Below are positions 41,696-54,924 of a DNA stretch of 64,000 nt, piece by piece. Below the pieces are notes generated by a model that was given only the letters and a program-made list of their open reading frames with translations, was not told the DNA's origin and did not search any database. The DNA lies in assembly GCA_951406725.2 (NCBI GenBank), contig OX597830.1, forward strand, positions 53,382,001-53,446,000. Direction: 5' to 3'. The stretch is from Octopus vulgaris (taxonomy: Eukaryota). A program made the translations under genes and the position numbers. Every line of letters begins with the position of its first letter. Position 1 is the stretch's first letter.

Positions 41696-42078
41696 CTAGC
41701 AGTATCGCCCGGCGTTGCTCGGGTTTGTTTCGACCCTTTAGAATTGGAATTTTTGAAAAATAAAAATTTTGCATTATGTAGCTTGTTATTCTCTTCAAGT
41801 GAACATTTTTCTGGTTGAAATACTCCGAAAAATGACGACACAGCAGTAAAAAAATAGGGATTTTCATAGAAAAAAAAGCACCTTTTTGATGTAAATAATT
41901 TTTGGTGTTAACATGGTCTGATTTGAATTTTTTCTTCTACGGAAGGAAGAGCAAGCTTTCTTCTATCATACTCTCAATTTTGGTCAACTTGTGCCACAGG
42001 GTCTCGGAGGAGATAGTGTTAGTTGAAGGCTACCAAACCTGCCATACACAGACAACTTCAGCTTTATATAGAGAGAGA
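41696..42078 (-). mobile_element. Non-autonomous Helitron with the same 3' end as the 13.5-14.4 kb copies
   Basis: Minus strand reads A|TCTCTC-TATATAAAGCTGAAGTTGTCTG ... CAAACCCGAGCAACGCCGGGCGATACTGCTAG|T. Confidence 0.8.
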
Positions 42079-42271
42079 TTGTGTAATTCTAGTTAGGCCC
42101 CAAATAAACGGCTCCATGAGCAAAGGTATTATAGTCTCGACCCTCACGTCTTTTATGTTTCAGGCAGACTATACAATCCAAATGTTTCTCTTCTATTTAT
42201 TTGAAGACGGTAGTATGTGCTTAGAGAGAGATTTGGCTGCTATTTCTAACAGATCGAATGACCATGTAGAA

Positions 42272-42598
42272 CAGTGGTTCTCAACAGGGGTTCATGTAAG
42301 ATTTTGGGGTCCACGCAAGCCAAATGGTAATTTGGGGATCAACAGTATTATTTTAGGGTCTATGAAAAAAATGTTGCTTTAGACGCATTTATTGCAAGGT
42401 TTCTTTCTCCAACGCTTAACATCGTTCATGCTTCTTGCTAACGTGTGCAAGTGAAGGTATGAAAAAAACTAAATGGGAATTTTGAAAGTATCTATAAAAC
42501 TAATTTCTAAAACATTGAATGGCTATGGGGGTCCATCAACATAAAGTAGTAATCCAAGGGATCCATATGTAGAAAAAAAAAATGCTTGAGACACACTG
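42272..42598. mobile_element. hAT (Charlie-type) MITE
   Basis: CAGTGGTTCTCAAC ... CTTGAGACACACTG imperfect TIRs; internal GGGGTCCA motifs. Confidence 0.7.
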
Positions 42599-42605
42599 AC
42601 ATAAA

Positions 42606-42934
42606 ACAAGCACGGACAACATTTTTCAAGAAGATGGCCGCATGAGATTTAGCTCATCACCAAGCAGGCCACACTACCCCAAAATGTTCAAGCTGATAGT
42701 TTTTTTAGACGTACCATTCAGTAAGTCTTGTGGGCCGTAGTTTACCGAATGATGTAGACTCTACATTGTTGAGTTTCTACCAGGCGTAGGCAACCTTTTT
42801 CGAGAAACAACCCACATGAGACATAGTTCATCATCAAGCGGGGGCTGTACTACTGAAAAAAAATTGGAGGTAATTTTGGATCTTTAGGCGTACATTTCAG
42901 GAAGGCCTGTGAACCGCAGTTTGCCCACGATTGC
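42606..42934. mobile_element. Two adjacent diverged copies of a ~150 bp hAT-type MITE
   Basis: 42781-42934 reads CAGGCGTAGGCAAC ... GTTTGCCCACGATTG; 42606-42755 is a related copy (shared catgaga..tcatca.caagc..ctac..ccg.agttt). Confidence 0.55.
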
Positions 42935-45900
42935 TTTGCATTGCAGACTCAACCTTCGACTCCTAGATAGATTTGATGTTTACTCACTGGTCAGCTTCAT
43001 CGAGTAGACCTAAGATCAAACATATCAATTAGATTCATCTTGTATCTCTAGGGGTATTTGAGGATATTTAAGGCGGCGAGCTGGCAGAAACGTTAGCGCG
43101 ACGGGCGATATGCTTACCGGCATTTCGTCTGCCGTTACGTTGTAAATTTAAATTCCGCCGAGGTCGACTTTGCCTTTCATCCTTTCGGGGTCGATTAAAT
43201 AAGTACCAGTTACGCACTGGGATAGATATAACTGACTTAATCCGCGTGTCTGTCCCCTCTGTGGGTAGTAAAGAAATAGGTATTTAAGAATATTTTATCC
43301 AATGTGTCCTGGCCTGTGCCAAGACGTCTGCGAGTGATTTTAGGCGGATTTGTTGGCAGAATAAAGAATATGAACACCACCCGCTTTCGGCGTAACAAAA
43401 AACCCTAATCCTAACCTTAAACCCTAACCATAACCATAGCACCAGGTATTCTTTACTTTCGCCGGTTTGTTTATAGCAAACACGCCGAGACTCTGCCTCA
43501 ATGATTCTTGAAATAAACGTTCTGTGTAACGACATACAAGTTAGATGGTTGATCCTGAATACAGAACGATGACGACGATAATGATGATTACAGGTAATGT
43601 AAAAGAGAGATAAGGAAGTGAAGGAAAGAGTTAAGAGGTTGAGTGGAAGTGAAAGAGAAGGGGACTATGGTAGATGTTTAGCCCCAGGTCTGTGCTGATT
43701 AAGCTTACTTATGATTAAAGGAGTTCTGGCCATGACCATCTCGCCTTATTTTCCTTTGGGCATTATTCAATGCACCTTTCACATAAGACAAACCGAGCGA
43801 CCACACAGAAGCTTCTGCAAGAAATGGGAGACAGAACACGATAAAACTGTGTACGTGTGTGGACATGAATGTGCGTGTGCGGGATTGTGTGACTGGAGAA
43901 AAAGGTGGGTACGTTATATGATAGGTAAGATAAAATAGCAAGTGTGGGCGTGTATATGTGTGTATGCATGTGCATGCGATTGCAAGGGGAAATATGACTA
44001 TACATACGCGCGCATGCACACAGATATATATATGAGTGTGTGTGTATATATATATAAAGGGAGAGAGAGAGAGAGGGGAGGAGAGGTAGAGAAATCTTGC
44101 ATGTGACCCTGTGTGTTATGTGTGCAAGCATGAGGGGTTAATAAAAGAAATGGGAAAAGTGAATATAGAGTAAACAATAAGTTAGATAATTAATATTGTT
44201 GTTAAGCCCCAAGTCGGCGCTGTTTTTTTTTTGTGTCTTTTTAATTAGCTTTGTCTCGTAGAAAGGATTGTGCCCATGAACTTTGCAGACCCTCCGAAAT
44301 GCAATTGGCGCGGACAGATATGTGATTAAATACGTTCCAGGCGTAACCATCAAGATATTCTCTCCGATATCGTATGTCTAAGATCATATCACCTTTTCAA
44401 GGTGGGTGAATGTAACTGATGGAGATTTGGTTGCTGTTCTTAGTAGGTCGAACGACCACATATATGGTTTCCCTCGCTGGCTCAGGACGGTGTGTAAGAA
44501 AAGAGAGAGGTGATGCGTATTGTATAAAAGAGGGGATAATTGAATGAATGGGGACGAACGAAGGTGGTGAGGGACATTAGAAATAGATAAATCAAGAAAT
44601 GACGTATGTGAGAAAGGGAGAGAGAGCGAGGGGGGGGAGAATTTTGAGATGGAGCAGGACGAAGAAAAAGAGGGAGATAGAGATGATGAGAGTGAATGGG
44701 TGAGTGAATACGATAGATGAAGAAGGTGTGAAAGAGATAGATAGAGAGATATCGTCAGATAAATTGAGGGTAGAGAAAGCAAAGGGCGGGAATAATAGAA
44801 ATAAACATTGATTAGCAGACAGACATATATAAACAAATACAGATAGAGAGACAGACTAATAGGTAGATAAATGAGAGTTTCTTCATTAAGGATAAGTTTC
44901 ATTATATAGAAAACTCAGACGAAATCTTACTTCCATATTCCCATCCTCACCACCATTATTATGGAATCTAAATTCTGCAGCTTTAATTCTTTTTTATGTT
45001 AATCTGACAACGATGCGGAGCAAAATCCACAGCGAGTTTTATGGGTAGGTTTAATATGGCTAGCATTTAGTTGGAATAGCTGCTGGTTAGTGACTAGGAA
45101 AATGTGGACTAGAAATCGGATCGTTAAAACTTCGGAGCATGGTTTGGCCTGAGCTAAGAAGTAACTAAAATCACAGACCTACGAATGACCCAGCTAGAAA
45201 TCTGTGGCGTCAGATGTGCCTTTTATACTCCCGTGGAATACCGTTTACACTGTGGTGGAGATTAAGCATAATTTTCCCGCGTAGAAAAGAATCTGTTGTC
45301 ACAATTATATTATGGCTTCTTCTTATGAAGTAACGTACCAAGTTGACCCTAAACAATAGTTTCTTCTCCAGGAGTTTCGACAGGGGAGAACTCATTTTAT
45401 ACAAAAAAAAAGTAGTTAGAGAAGAATACTGGATGGTGGAGTTGACCTCAAGTATTAAGTTGTTGCTTTATGAATTGAAATCCCGTAGAGATCATAACTG
45501 CTTTTCGCCCATATTTCCTGAGTTGATGAAGCAATTTCTTAAATAGTTAGTTACAAGGCCATGAATTTGGTGGAGGAAGAAACAGTCGATCACTTGATTG
45601 GTGTTTTATTTAATCGATCCCATTGTGATGAAAGGTAACATTTACTTCGACAGGATTTGAACTCGCAGAATGTGAAAAAGCCACAACAAATATCTCAAAG
45701 CATTTCGTTCACCACTCTAATGATACTGCCAATCTACCACTCTTGAAATGGTAAACTGATTAATAATATTTTTAAAAAAAACTGTCAAACACTGGGTTTC
45801 CATCCTGTCAAATGAGTATGCATGAATAGAAGTAGCAGAAAATACATCGTTAACAGACAGAAGGAGATGTGTGGAAGACAAGCAAAATTTTACACAACGA

Positions 45901-46609
45901 CCCAAAGTTACTGTAATGTGAGTGAGAAAACTGGAGGAATATTCTGTAAAGGAGCAGTCAAACACGAAGCTATCACTCCAAGAAATGAGAGGGGGATAGA
46001 AATTTTAGGTGGGAAAATTAGGTAGTAAACTCTCATATCTAGACTCGGTCGAAAGCATTGTGGTGCCAAGGGCAACACCATTACTTTTGTCCAAGTTCTT
46101 AAAGGGATAATCCACTACTGTGCATAAAAGAGCTGGTTGATTTGGTTCTTCGAAAACAATTCTAGTTGTTAGTTAAAAGTGAAAGAAACCCAAGGAAATT
46201 TTAAAACTTTCCCCCTGGTGAATTACTTTTCTTTTTCTTCGAGTGGCAACAAGCATATTACAGTGGGAGTTTATTGATGATGTGTATCTTAAAATCCATT
46301 CGGTTGCTGGAACATCTATAAAGGATAACTTCTTGGTGTGTTGGTAAATTAGCATCCCTCTCTGAGGAATACCTATTTCTTTACTACCCACAAGAGGCTA
46401 AACACAGAGAGGACAAACAAGGACAGACAAACGGATTAAGTCAATTATATCGACCCCAGTGCGTAACTGGTACTTAATTTATCGACCCTGAAAGGATGAA
46501 AGCCAAAGTCGACCTTGGCGGAATTGGAACTCAGAACGTAGCGGCAGACGAAATACCGCTAAGCATTTCGCCCGGCGTGCTAATGTTTCTGCCAGCTCGC
46601 CGCCTACGA

Positions 46610-47165
46610 GAATACCTACGAGAACAATTGTATTCAACAGAGCTCTGCATCTCCATTGCACTGAAGGTGGAAGCCGACACCTGTGGGTCACTGTGGTAGG
46701 CTCCTCGAATCCACAGCCCTTCACGGTTTGTCTTGCCGCCTAAATGCTAGTCGTTTTGCTTGTCACATCAAACTAAACTTAAGCGGGTCCTGGCTTGGGT
46801 TAGTATCTCCTCAGTTCTGCAGCCTGTGGGATTATCCAGAAGTGATGGGAGGAGACCAGCTGGTCCCCGAGAAAGAGGTAGGTGTCTCATCCAGGACACC
46901 ACAGTTTGTGACAACTTTGCTCCCTCACACATTCTGGATGCTACGATAAACAGAATGGTCACTACTTCCATAGCCGAGCGGAACAAAATCCTAAAGAATC
47001 GGGACCTGTCAATGAACCATTTCTTCCAGCCTGTGGTGTTTAAAATGTTTGGAGGGGCTGGACTGCTAATAGCGAAGTTCTTGTCATCTTGACAGCTCGC
47101 CTTGCCAAGGTATTAGGTGATGCCCGTGAGGGTGCTTGGCTGTTCCAATGCCTTAGTCAAACCAT
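46610..47165 (-). mobile_element. Possible decayed Tx1-type LINE 3' fragment
   Basis: GC-richer, coding-like block with a degraded zinc-knuckle-like segment (QCNGDAE..VEY); weak. Confidence 0.3.
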
Positions 47166-47175
47166 CACCTGTGAA

Positions 47176-47396
47176 CCCTTTCATTACCAACCTGGCCGAA
47201 ACCGGCTCTGGCTCTTTTGTATAAATGTCTTGTTTTCACAAGTTTTGAATTAAAATCTTCCATCAAACCTTAGTCACAATTTATGTTCCTAACACTGGCT
47301 GAATGATAACTAAGTTATTTTACTAAATTATTTGTTATATTTAAAGTAATTGAAAGAAACACAAAGCATCTCAAAATAAATACAGTAACGAAAGGG
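47176..47396. mobile_element. piggyBac-type MITE
   Basis: CCCTTTCATTAC ... GTAACGAAAGGG|TTAA; partial reverse copies at ~7860-7995 and ~48290-48450. Confidence 0.7.
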
Positions 47397-48799
47397 TTAA
47401 TACCACGAGCATGTTGGCTTGCTTCAGTAGGTTCAGTCGAACCTTGTGGGATGCGACCAATTGAGCACTTGGTGTTGAATTTATGTTATTTTTTTCTCTT
47501 TCTTCTCTCGTTTGTTTTTTCTTTAGTTTTGGATTTTTATTTTGATATGATTTTGTATTATATACGTATCATATACACACGAGTTATATTCCAATAACCA
47601 CTACAAGCTAACATAATACAATGTTCCGTCACTTACACCTCGTTGTCTTCATTGGTGTTTAGCCTAGGTAAACCCTGATTGAACAATTCTATTATCGGAG
47701 GTGTTCGACTGTGACCATCCCGTCATTTTCCTATGTGGTGAGGTGTGGTCTCTCATTGTATGAGTGTACAGATGTGATTGGGGATAGGAGCATGGATGGG
47801 TGGAGATTACAAGAATGCATGGGGCAGAGATGGGGAATAGGTGAGGGGAAGGAAGAAGGGTAACAACTGTTAAGATTAGGTAGAGCTGAAGGGAGGATGA
47901 CCAATGATGCATGAAATGGGGGTGGTGGAATAGTGGGGAGTAGATGACTGACAGCGCAGAAAAAGGGGGTAAGGGAGAGTAAAATAGTAATAATGACACA
48001 GTAAACAGAAGGATGAGACAAATGACATGTGGTTGTGTAGGTTGAAGGAGTATAGGGGTATGTGATCAATATAAAATGTGAGTAGAGAGGAAATGAAAAA
48101 TTAAAGGCTTTGATGTCACTAGTGTTAGAAGGCCAAGAAGAGTCATGGACTCTGTTCCTTCTTCCAGACTCAGCAACTAAAAATAAGTATTCGTTGGATA
48201 ATATAGTCTCAGACATGTAAAAGGAACTGGGTGGTCACAGCTTGGATGTCTTTAGTCATATGCAGGCTGGATTAACGATTGACACTTGCATTTCTGTTGG
48301 AAGACGCTGTTTTTGTTTCAATTAATCTTGAAGATAATGAAAATTTATCAAAATAACTTTGTTTCAATTAAATAGGCGCTCGGAACAAATTGACATGAAA
48401 TTTTGGTGGAACATTTTCATTTTGACCCTTTTCAAACAGGATGCAATATTGAATCAAGGGTAGATTGGTATGAGAGGAATTAAGCAAAGTAAATGGTTAG
48501 GGGACCAAGGAAGGAGAACCACAGAAATTTTTCCCGTGCCATATTTACCATTGACAAAATGGTGCAGCTTAGCCACAGTCATACAAAAAGTGTAAGCTTC
48601 TATGGTTGGATACCCTTCCTAATGCCAACCAATTTACAATGTGTGCTGGATGCTTTTATGCAGCACTGGCAAGGGCGCATATACGTGGCACCAGTACAAG
48701 TGCTTTTTACATGGCACCAGCACCCATGAGCCTGCAAGGTAACGAATGCTCAGCTGGAGTGGGACGCAAGGGTTGAGCCTGTATGCAAGGCCAACCACA

Positions 48800-50780
48800 C
48801 TTTTACTTAGCTTGATGTATTTTTTCAAGCACAGCAACCTGCCAGAGGCCTTGGTCCCCTGTCGTCTTCTCTGTGAGTCCCAATGTCTGTCGATCTTTCA
48901 TCCCATGTCTTCCTGGGTCTAACCCTTCCACATATTCCCTGTACAATTGGAGATTGGCACCTCTTGACACAACTGTCTTCATTCAAATGCATTACATGGC
49001 CATACCAGTGCAGTCTTCTCTCTTGCATGCTACATCTAATGCCTCATATACTCAGTTTTTCTCTCAAATCACTTATACTATTGGGAAAGACTCAAGAGAT
49101 TAAGACTCTATTCCTTAGAGCATAGGCAAGAAAGATATGCCATAATATACTTCTGGAAGATCCTGGAAGGACTTGTCCCAAACTTTGGTATTGAGAGTTA
49201 CACAAATACTAGAACTGGGCGCCACTGCATAGTGCCAAGGACTCCAAATTTGCCATCAAGATGTAGGACAAGATACTGCGATAGCCTGGGCTTCAGAGGT
49301 TCACAGCTCTTCAATATCCTCCCAAAGGACCTGAGAGACCAGCATGGGGTGGATGCGGATGTCTTTAAAATAAAGCTGGACCTCTTCCTGTCAGGTGTCC
49401 CAGATGAACCAACTTCACGGCAGGAGGTGCAGATGAGGGCAGCTGCATCAAACTCTATCATGCACCATTGCTAAAAAGCATTCGTGAAGTAAAATCATGT
49501 AGCAACACCAAATGGCGGTGCCCCAGCATGGCTACAACTTGTGAGCTGAAACTAGATGAAATGAAAAAAATGAAAATGAAATACTCTGTTGTATACTGAC
49601 ATTATCCAACCAGTGGAGCATACTGGCTTCATTTCTTTCAAGCCTTTGCATATCCTCAGCAGTTACAGCCCATGTCTCACTACCCTGTAGCATTGCTGTT
49701 CATACACAGGCTTCATACAACCTGCCTTTCACTCTGAGGGAGAGTCCCTTTGTTACTAACAGAGGTAGTAGCTCTCTGAACTTTGCCCAGCCTATTCTTA
49801 TTCTAGTAGCTATGCTTTCAGAACAACCTGCCCCACTACTAACTTGGACACCTAAGTAACAGAAACTGTCTACTACTACTTGGAATCCCCACTGACATTT
49901 GAGGGAATCTATCTTTTTGTATATTCCTGGTGTTTTATATACCTGCACATCTACCACATGTAAAGACTACTTCTCTGTTAATCTTCCAGTGATACCACTA
50001 TACCTTTTATGTATCCATAGCTTGCACTAGGTATACCTTATGGAGTTTCTTCTGACACCTTCTCTATATATCAAGCAGGGGCATTTCCCTGAAGGGATCT
50101 GTGATTTTTCTGTTTTCCTGCTTTTTACTACTTTGGTCTTTGTTAAACTAACTCAAAGGCCTTTTGTTTCCAGTCCATGCTTCCATACCTGAAATTTCTT
50201 CTCAAGTTCTGGTAGTGATTTGGCAATAAGAACAAGGTCATCAGCATAGAGGAGCTCTGAAATGCATCAGTTTTAAATTCTTCAGTTATAGCTTAGAGGA
50301 CCATGATAAATAAGAGGGGGTTAAGAACCAGCCCCTGGTTGACTCCTACTTGTACACTAAACTCCTTGCTATATTCATTGACGACTCTCACCTTACTAAC
50401 ATGGCTTGTACAGCTCTCACTAGCCATTCATCTATCCCTAGTTTCTGCACAGCCCACCAGATAAGGGTGTGGAAGACCCTATCAAAGGCTTTCTACATAT
50501 CAACAAAAGCCAGATACCTATTTCTTTACTACCCACAAGGAGCCAAACACAGAGAGGACAAACAAGGACAGACACATGGATTAAGTCGATTATATCGACC
50601 CCAGTGCATAACTGGTACTTATTTAATTGACCCTGAAAGGATGAAAGGCAAAGTCGACTTCGGCGGAATTTGAACTCAGAACATAACAGCAGACAAAATA
50701 TGGCTACGCATTTCGCCTGGCGTGCTAACATTTCTGCCAGCTCGCCGCCTTTGCCAAATACCAATCACCTCCTTTCTGTG
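48800..50780 (-). mobile_element. Decayed RTE-clade LINE (RT to C-terminus) with nested insertions
   Basis: FVDM*KAFDRV (~50470-50510), ELLYADDLV (~50230-50257), DSFCYLG, RIRIGWAKFRELLPLL, RRLHWYGHV, RPRKTW. Confidence 0.9.
49120..49580 (+). mobile_element. CR1-type LINE 3' fragment nested in the RTE
   Basis: ERYAIIYFWKILEGLVPNFG...LFNILPKDLR...FKIKLDLFLSGVPDEP; its 3' UTR (gtgccccagcatgg..gaaac) resembles the SINE family B tail. Confidence 0.8.
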
Positions 50781-51794
50781 CCTTCTCCTTCCTGTACTGT
50801 TCTTCATCATTAATACCTCACTTACCTGCTATCACCCTTAATATACCCTGACATATCTACTACAACCCTGTCTCCAGACCTCTCCAATATTTCTCTTCAT
50901 CATTTACTAGTCACCTCAATCCTGCCACTCACCCAGTCCAAACTTCTGTATCACCTCACCTATTCTCATCACCCCCAATATCACTCAAGGGCATGTCCCA
51001 ACACAACACATCTTCATCTTTCTCACTACCATTTTCCTTAATTTACTCTCTAATTCTCCTTTCTTTTCAAACTGGGGTTCCCATGCATCTATTCTACAGT
51101 AAAACATCTATTTCTGTGCTTTTTACCTTTAGTCTCACAACTGTCATAAAACCACACCCTACTCTATACTAGTCTCCACTCCCAGTTGAGGGGTTTTGTC
51201 TTGCTTGTATTTGGTGACCCCGTTGGTGCTGGTGGCACATAAAATGCACTCATTACATTCTGTAAATTATTTGGCATTAGGAAGTGCATCCAGCTGTAGA
51301 AACCATGACAAAAACAGACAATGGAACCAGTCCATGGGTTGGACGGTTTAACAAGAGCTGGCAAGGCCAGGATCTACACCAGGTTCCATTGTCTGTTTTG
51401 GCTTGGTTTCTACAACTGGATGCCCTTCCTAATGCCAACCACTTTACAAAGTGCAATGGTTGCTTTTTACATGGCACCAGCATGGATAAGGTCGCCAGAC
51501 ACCTTGCAAGATATAGATATATATATATATATATATATACATACACCGGCACGAGGGCCAGTCAGGCGGTACATTACCAGTACTGCCTGACTGGCACTTG
51601 TGCTGGAGGCACGTAAAAGCACCCACTACACTCTCGGAGTGGTTGGCATTAGGAAGGGCATCCAGCTGTAGAAACTCTGCCAGATCAGATTGGAGTCTGG
51701 TGCAGCCATCTAGTTTGTCAGACCTCAGTCAAATCGTCAAACCCATGCTAGCCTGGAAAGCGGACATTAAACAATGATGATGATGATGATACAT

Positions 51795-52390
51795 CACTGT
51801 TGCACATGTACAATGAAAGTGTGTTAAGAGAAAAGTTAGGCATAAGAGGAATTAGATGTGGTATGCAAGAGAGAAGACTGCACTGGTTTGGCCATGTGAT
51901 GCAGATGGATGCTGAAAACTCTATAAAGAAGTGCTGATCATTCAAAGTGGGTGGGACACGTGGCAGCAGGAGACCCAGGAAGATATAGGACTAAGTATTT
52001 TAGGATAACTTTAGGACACCGAACCTTATGTAGGAGATGAGAAAGTACTGAGATATCTGGCATCTTGCTGTACTCAAAAGGACCTGTCCTCCATAGCAGA
52101 AGTGTTAATGTTGCTCCCCCGATGAAGAGGATTGGGTTGCAAGGGCCCTGTACTGGGGTCACATAAAAAGCACTTGTACCTGCACCTGTGCCAGTGCCAT
52201 GTTGAAAGCACCCAGCACACACTGTAAAGTGGTTAGTGTTAGGAAGGGCATCCAGCTCTAGAAGCCAAGCCAAATCAGACTGGAACCTTGTGCAGCTCTC
52301 TGGCTTGCCAGCTCTGGTAAAATTGTCCAACCCATGCCAGCATGGAAATGGACGTTAAAAGATGATAATGATGGTGATGATGATGATTTA
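51795..52390 (+). mobile_element. RTE LINE 3' end with 3' UTR and (ATG)n tail
   Basis: LREKLGIRGIRCGMQERRLHWFGHVMQM...GRPRKI, running into the family D repeat sequence. Confidence 0.75.
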
Positions 52391-52544
52391 TGTGTATGCA
52401 TGTGTGTGTGTTTGTGTCCCCTTGTCTTGACATCGTGTGAGTGTTGTAAATGGCTATCACTGTCATGCAAGCAGCGCCACTTGTTTCTAGTCTTCTACAA
52501 AAATGTTTGGCTATGGGGAAGCATTATCTTGCTTAGAAACGGTT

Positions 52545-53138
52545 AGCTGGCAGAAACGTTAGGACGCCGGGTGAAATGCTTAGCGGTATTTCGTCTGCCG
52601 TTATGTTCTGAGTTCAAATTCCGCCAAGGTCGACTTTGCCTTTCATCCTTTCGGGGTCAATAAATTAAGTACTAGTTACGCACTGGGGTTGATATAATCG
52701 ACTTAATCCGCCTGTCTGTCCTTGTTTGTCCCCTCTGTGTTTAGCCCCTTGTGGGTAGTGAAGAAACAGGTATTTCGTCTGCCATTTACATTCTGAGTTC
52801 AAATTCCACAGAGGTCAATTTTGCCATTCATCCTTTCGGGGTCGATAAATTAAGTACCAGTTACGCACTGGTGTTGATATAATCGACTTAATCCGTCTGT
52901 CTGTCCTTGTTTGTCCCCTCTGTGTTTAGCCCTTTGTGGGTAGTAAAGAAATAGGTATTTCGTCTGCCATTACGTTCTGAGTTCAAATTCCGCCGAGGTC
53001 GACTTTGCCTTTCATCCTTTTGGGGTCGATTAAATAAGTACCAGCTACGCACTGGGGTCGATATAATCGACTTAATCCGTTTATCTGTCCTTGTTTGTCT
53101 CCAATGTGTGTAGCCCCTTGTGGGTAGTAAAGAAATAA
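52545..53138 (+). repeat. Tandem trimer of the SINE family C body (period ~185 bp)
   Basis: GGTATTTCGTCTGCC recurs at 52585, 52769 and 52954; only the first unit has the head. Confidence 0.9.
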
Positions 53139-54559
53139 GAAACGGTTAGGATTGACTTTGGTGACAGGAAGGGTATCAAACCATAGAAATTTGTCTCATC
53201 CTATCCATGCACGTGTGGAAAAATAAATGATAAAACGATGATGATGATGACTTATAATATAGTTGGGCGGGAATTTGTCAGGGAGAATGGCCTGGAAATA
53301 CACTGAACTCCCAACCTGTTATAACGCATTCAGTGATTAGGTACAGGGTGAGGGAGAAAATCTTCCGTATTTATACACAGCCATTGCTGTGACGCCAGTG
53401 AAGTTAGGCAGGTTGTCACGGTGTCTTTATATCTCTACAGTTTTATCCTTTTCTTTTCTCCCCCCCCCCCCCGGTTAACGCGGTTTGGACTGGTGCACAT
53501 TGTGCGTATGCTGTTAAAACCTTTACAGAGTCTGGTGAATCTGGGAGAATATATATTTTTTAGCCGCACCCTGTTTTGTCAGAGAATGAAAGGTTTGGTG
53601 GGGCTGTGCTTAAAGTATGACTAGGTCTTAAACTAACGCTAGCCATAAATCTTCTCAATTAGGCTGTGAGGGGAGGAGGGAAACTACCTCTTCCCTATAT
53701 CATCACCCACAAAACGAATATAACTGTTTCTAAAGATGAGGGATGAAATCCAACGGAATGTTGAATAAAATGAGAAAAATATAGTAATTCAATACTTTTC
53801 GGCTTTCAATTTTAGATTTAAAATATTTTAATTACAAAATTAGGGCTTTAATGACTTTTATATAGGGTATTTTTGTTGTTTATCGCTGTCCCAAGAAATG
53901 TTCCAGCCGTGATCATCCCGTCTTTTATTTTCCACACATACAGTGTATTTAGAACTACATAATTCAGATAGTAGTGTAAAGACTGGAGGGAGATTTGGCT
54001 GTCATTTATAGCAGGTCGCGTGACCTTCTCATCGACGGCTTGTAGTTTAAATACTTGTTGTAATAGTGGTACTACTACATTTTTTCCATTAGTAATTTAA
54101 CCCCAGATCAGTCTTGATCCAGCAGACCTTATGATAAAAGGTATTCCAACCGTGACATCCCGTTTTATGTGTATTTAGAACTACATGATCCAACATAACC
54201 TTGATTTTTTTTTTACGATCGTAAAAGATTTGACTGTTATTTCTAGCAGGTCCAAGTGACGGGGTATAAATTCCACTTCTATATTTCTCTTTAAATAGGA
54301 ATGTTTCAAGAAGTTAACTACAAGATCTTTTCTTGGAAAAAAACAATTTAAAAGGAAGGAGCAGGAATATCTATTACTAGAGTAGATGAGGACGGTTTTT
54401 GTTTCCTCAGCTTATTTACATTGCTGATGTTGTGGATCGAGGGAGTGAATAAATGTAAATGGAGAAGGAAGAGAGAAAAAGAAGACAACTGCTGCTATTT
54501 GTTGGCACTTCGTATCGGCACCTCTGCTTCGATCAACTGCAAACCTACTGCAGGTGAAG

Positions 54560-54884
54560 AGTAAAAAAAAAAATTAAAGGTAATGGTAGTGGTGGTGGGG
54601 GGACGTAGAAATGTACAGAGTACTACTGCATGTACGCGTGCTTTCGCAGTATGTGGAAGCAGCAGTTGTATCTACTGCTGTTGACGATGATGATGGTGGT
54701 GGTGGTGGTGGTAGTAGTAGTAGTGACAGTGCTGCTGCTGTTGTTGTTTATTACTGCTTGCTGCCGCGGGAGGTTAATGGTTTCGGTAGGAGGAGGAGGT
54801 TCACAACGGTGAGCTGTTGAAGTCGAAGTAGTGGGAGGAAAGAGCGCTCTCATTCTCTCTCTCTCTCTATCTATACATACATAA

Positions 54885-54924
<40 letters not shown>

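Noticed and set aside
44384-44902. 172-aa Ser/Leu-rich ORF
   Set aside because: Antisense of GA-rich low-complexity DNA; no domain signal.
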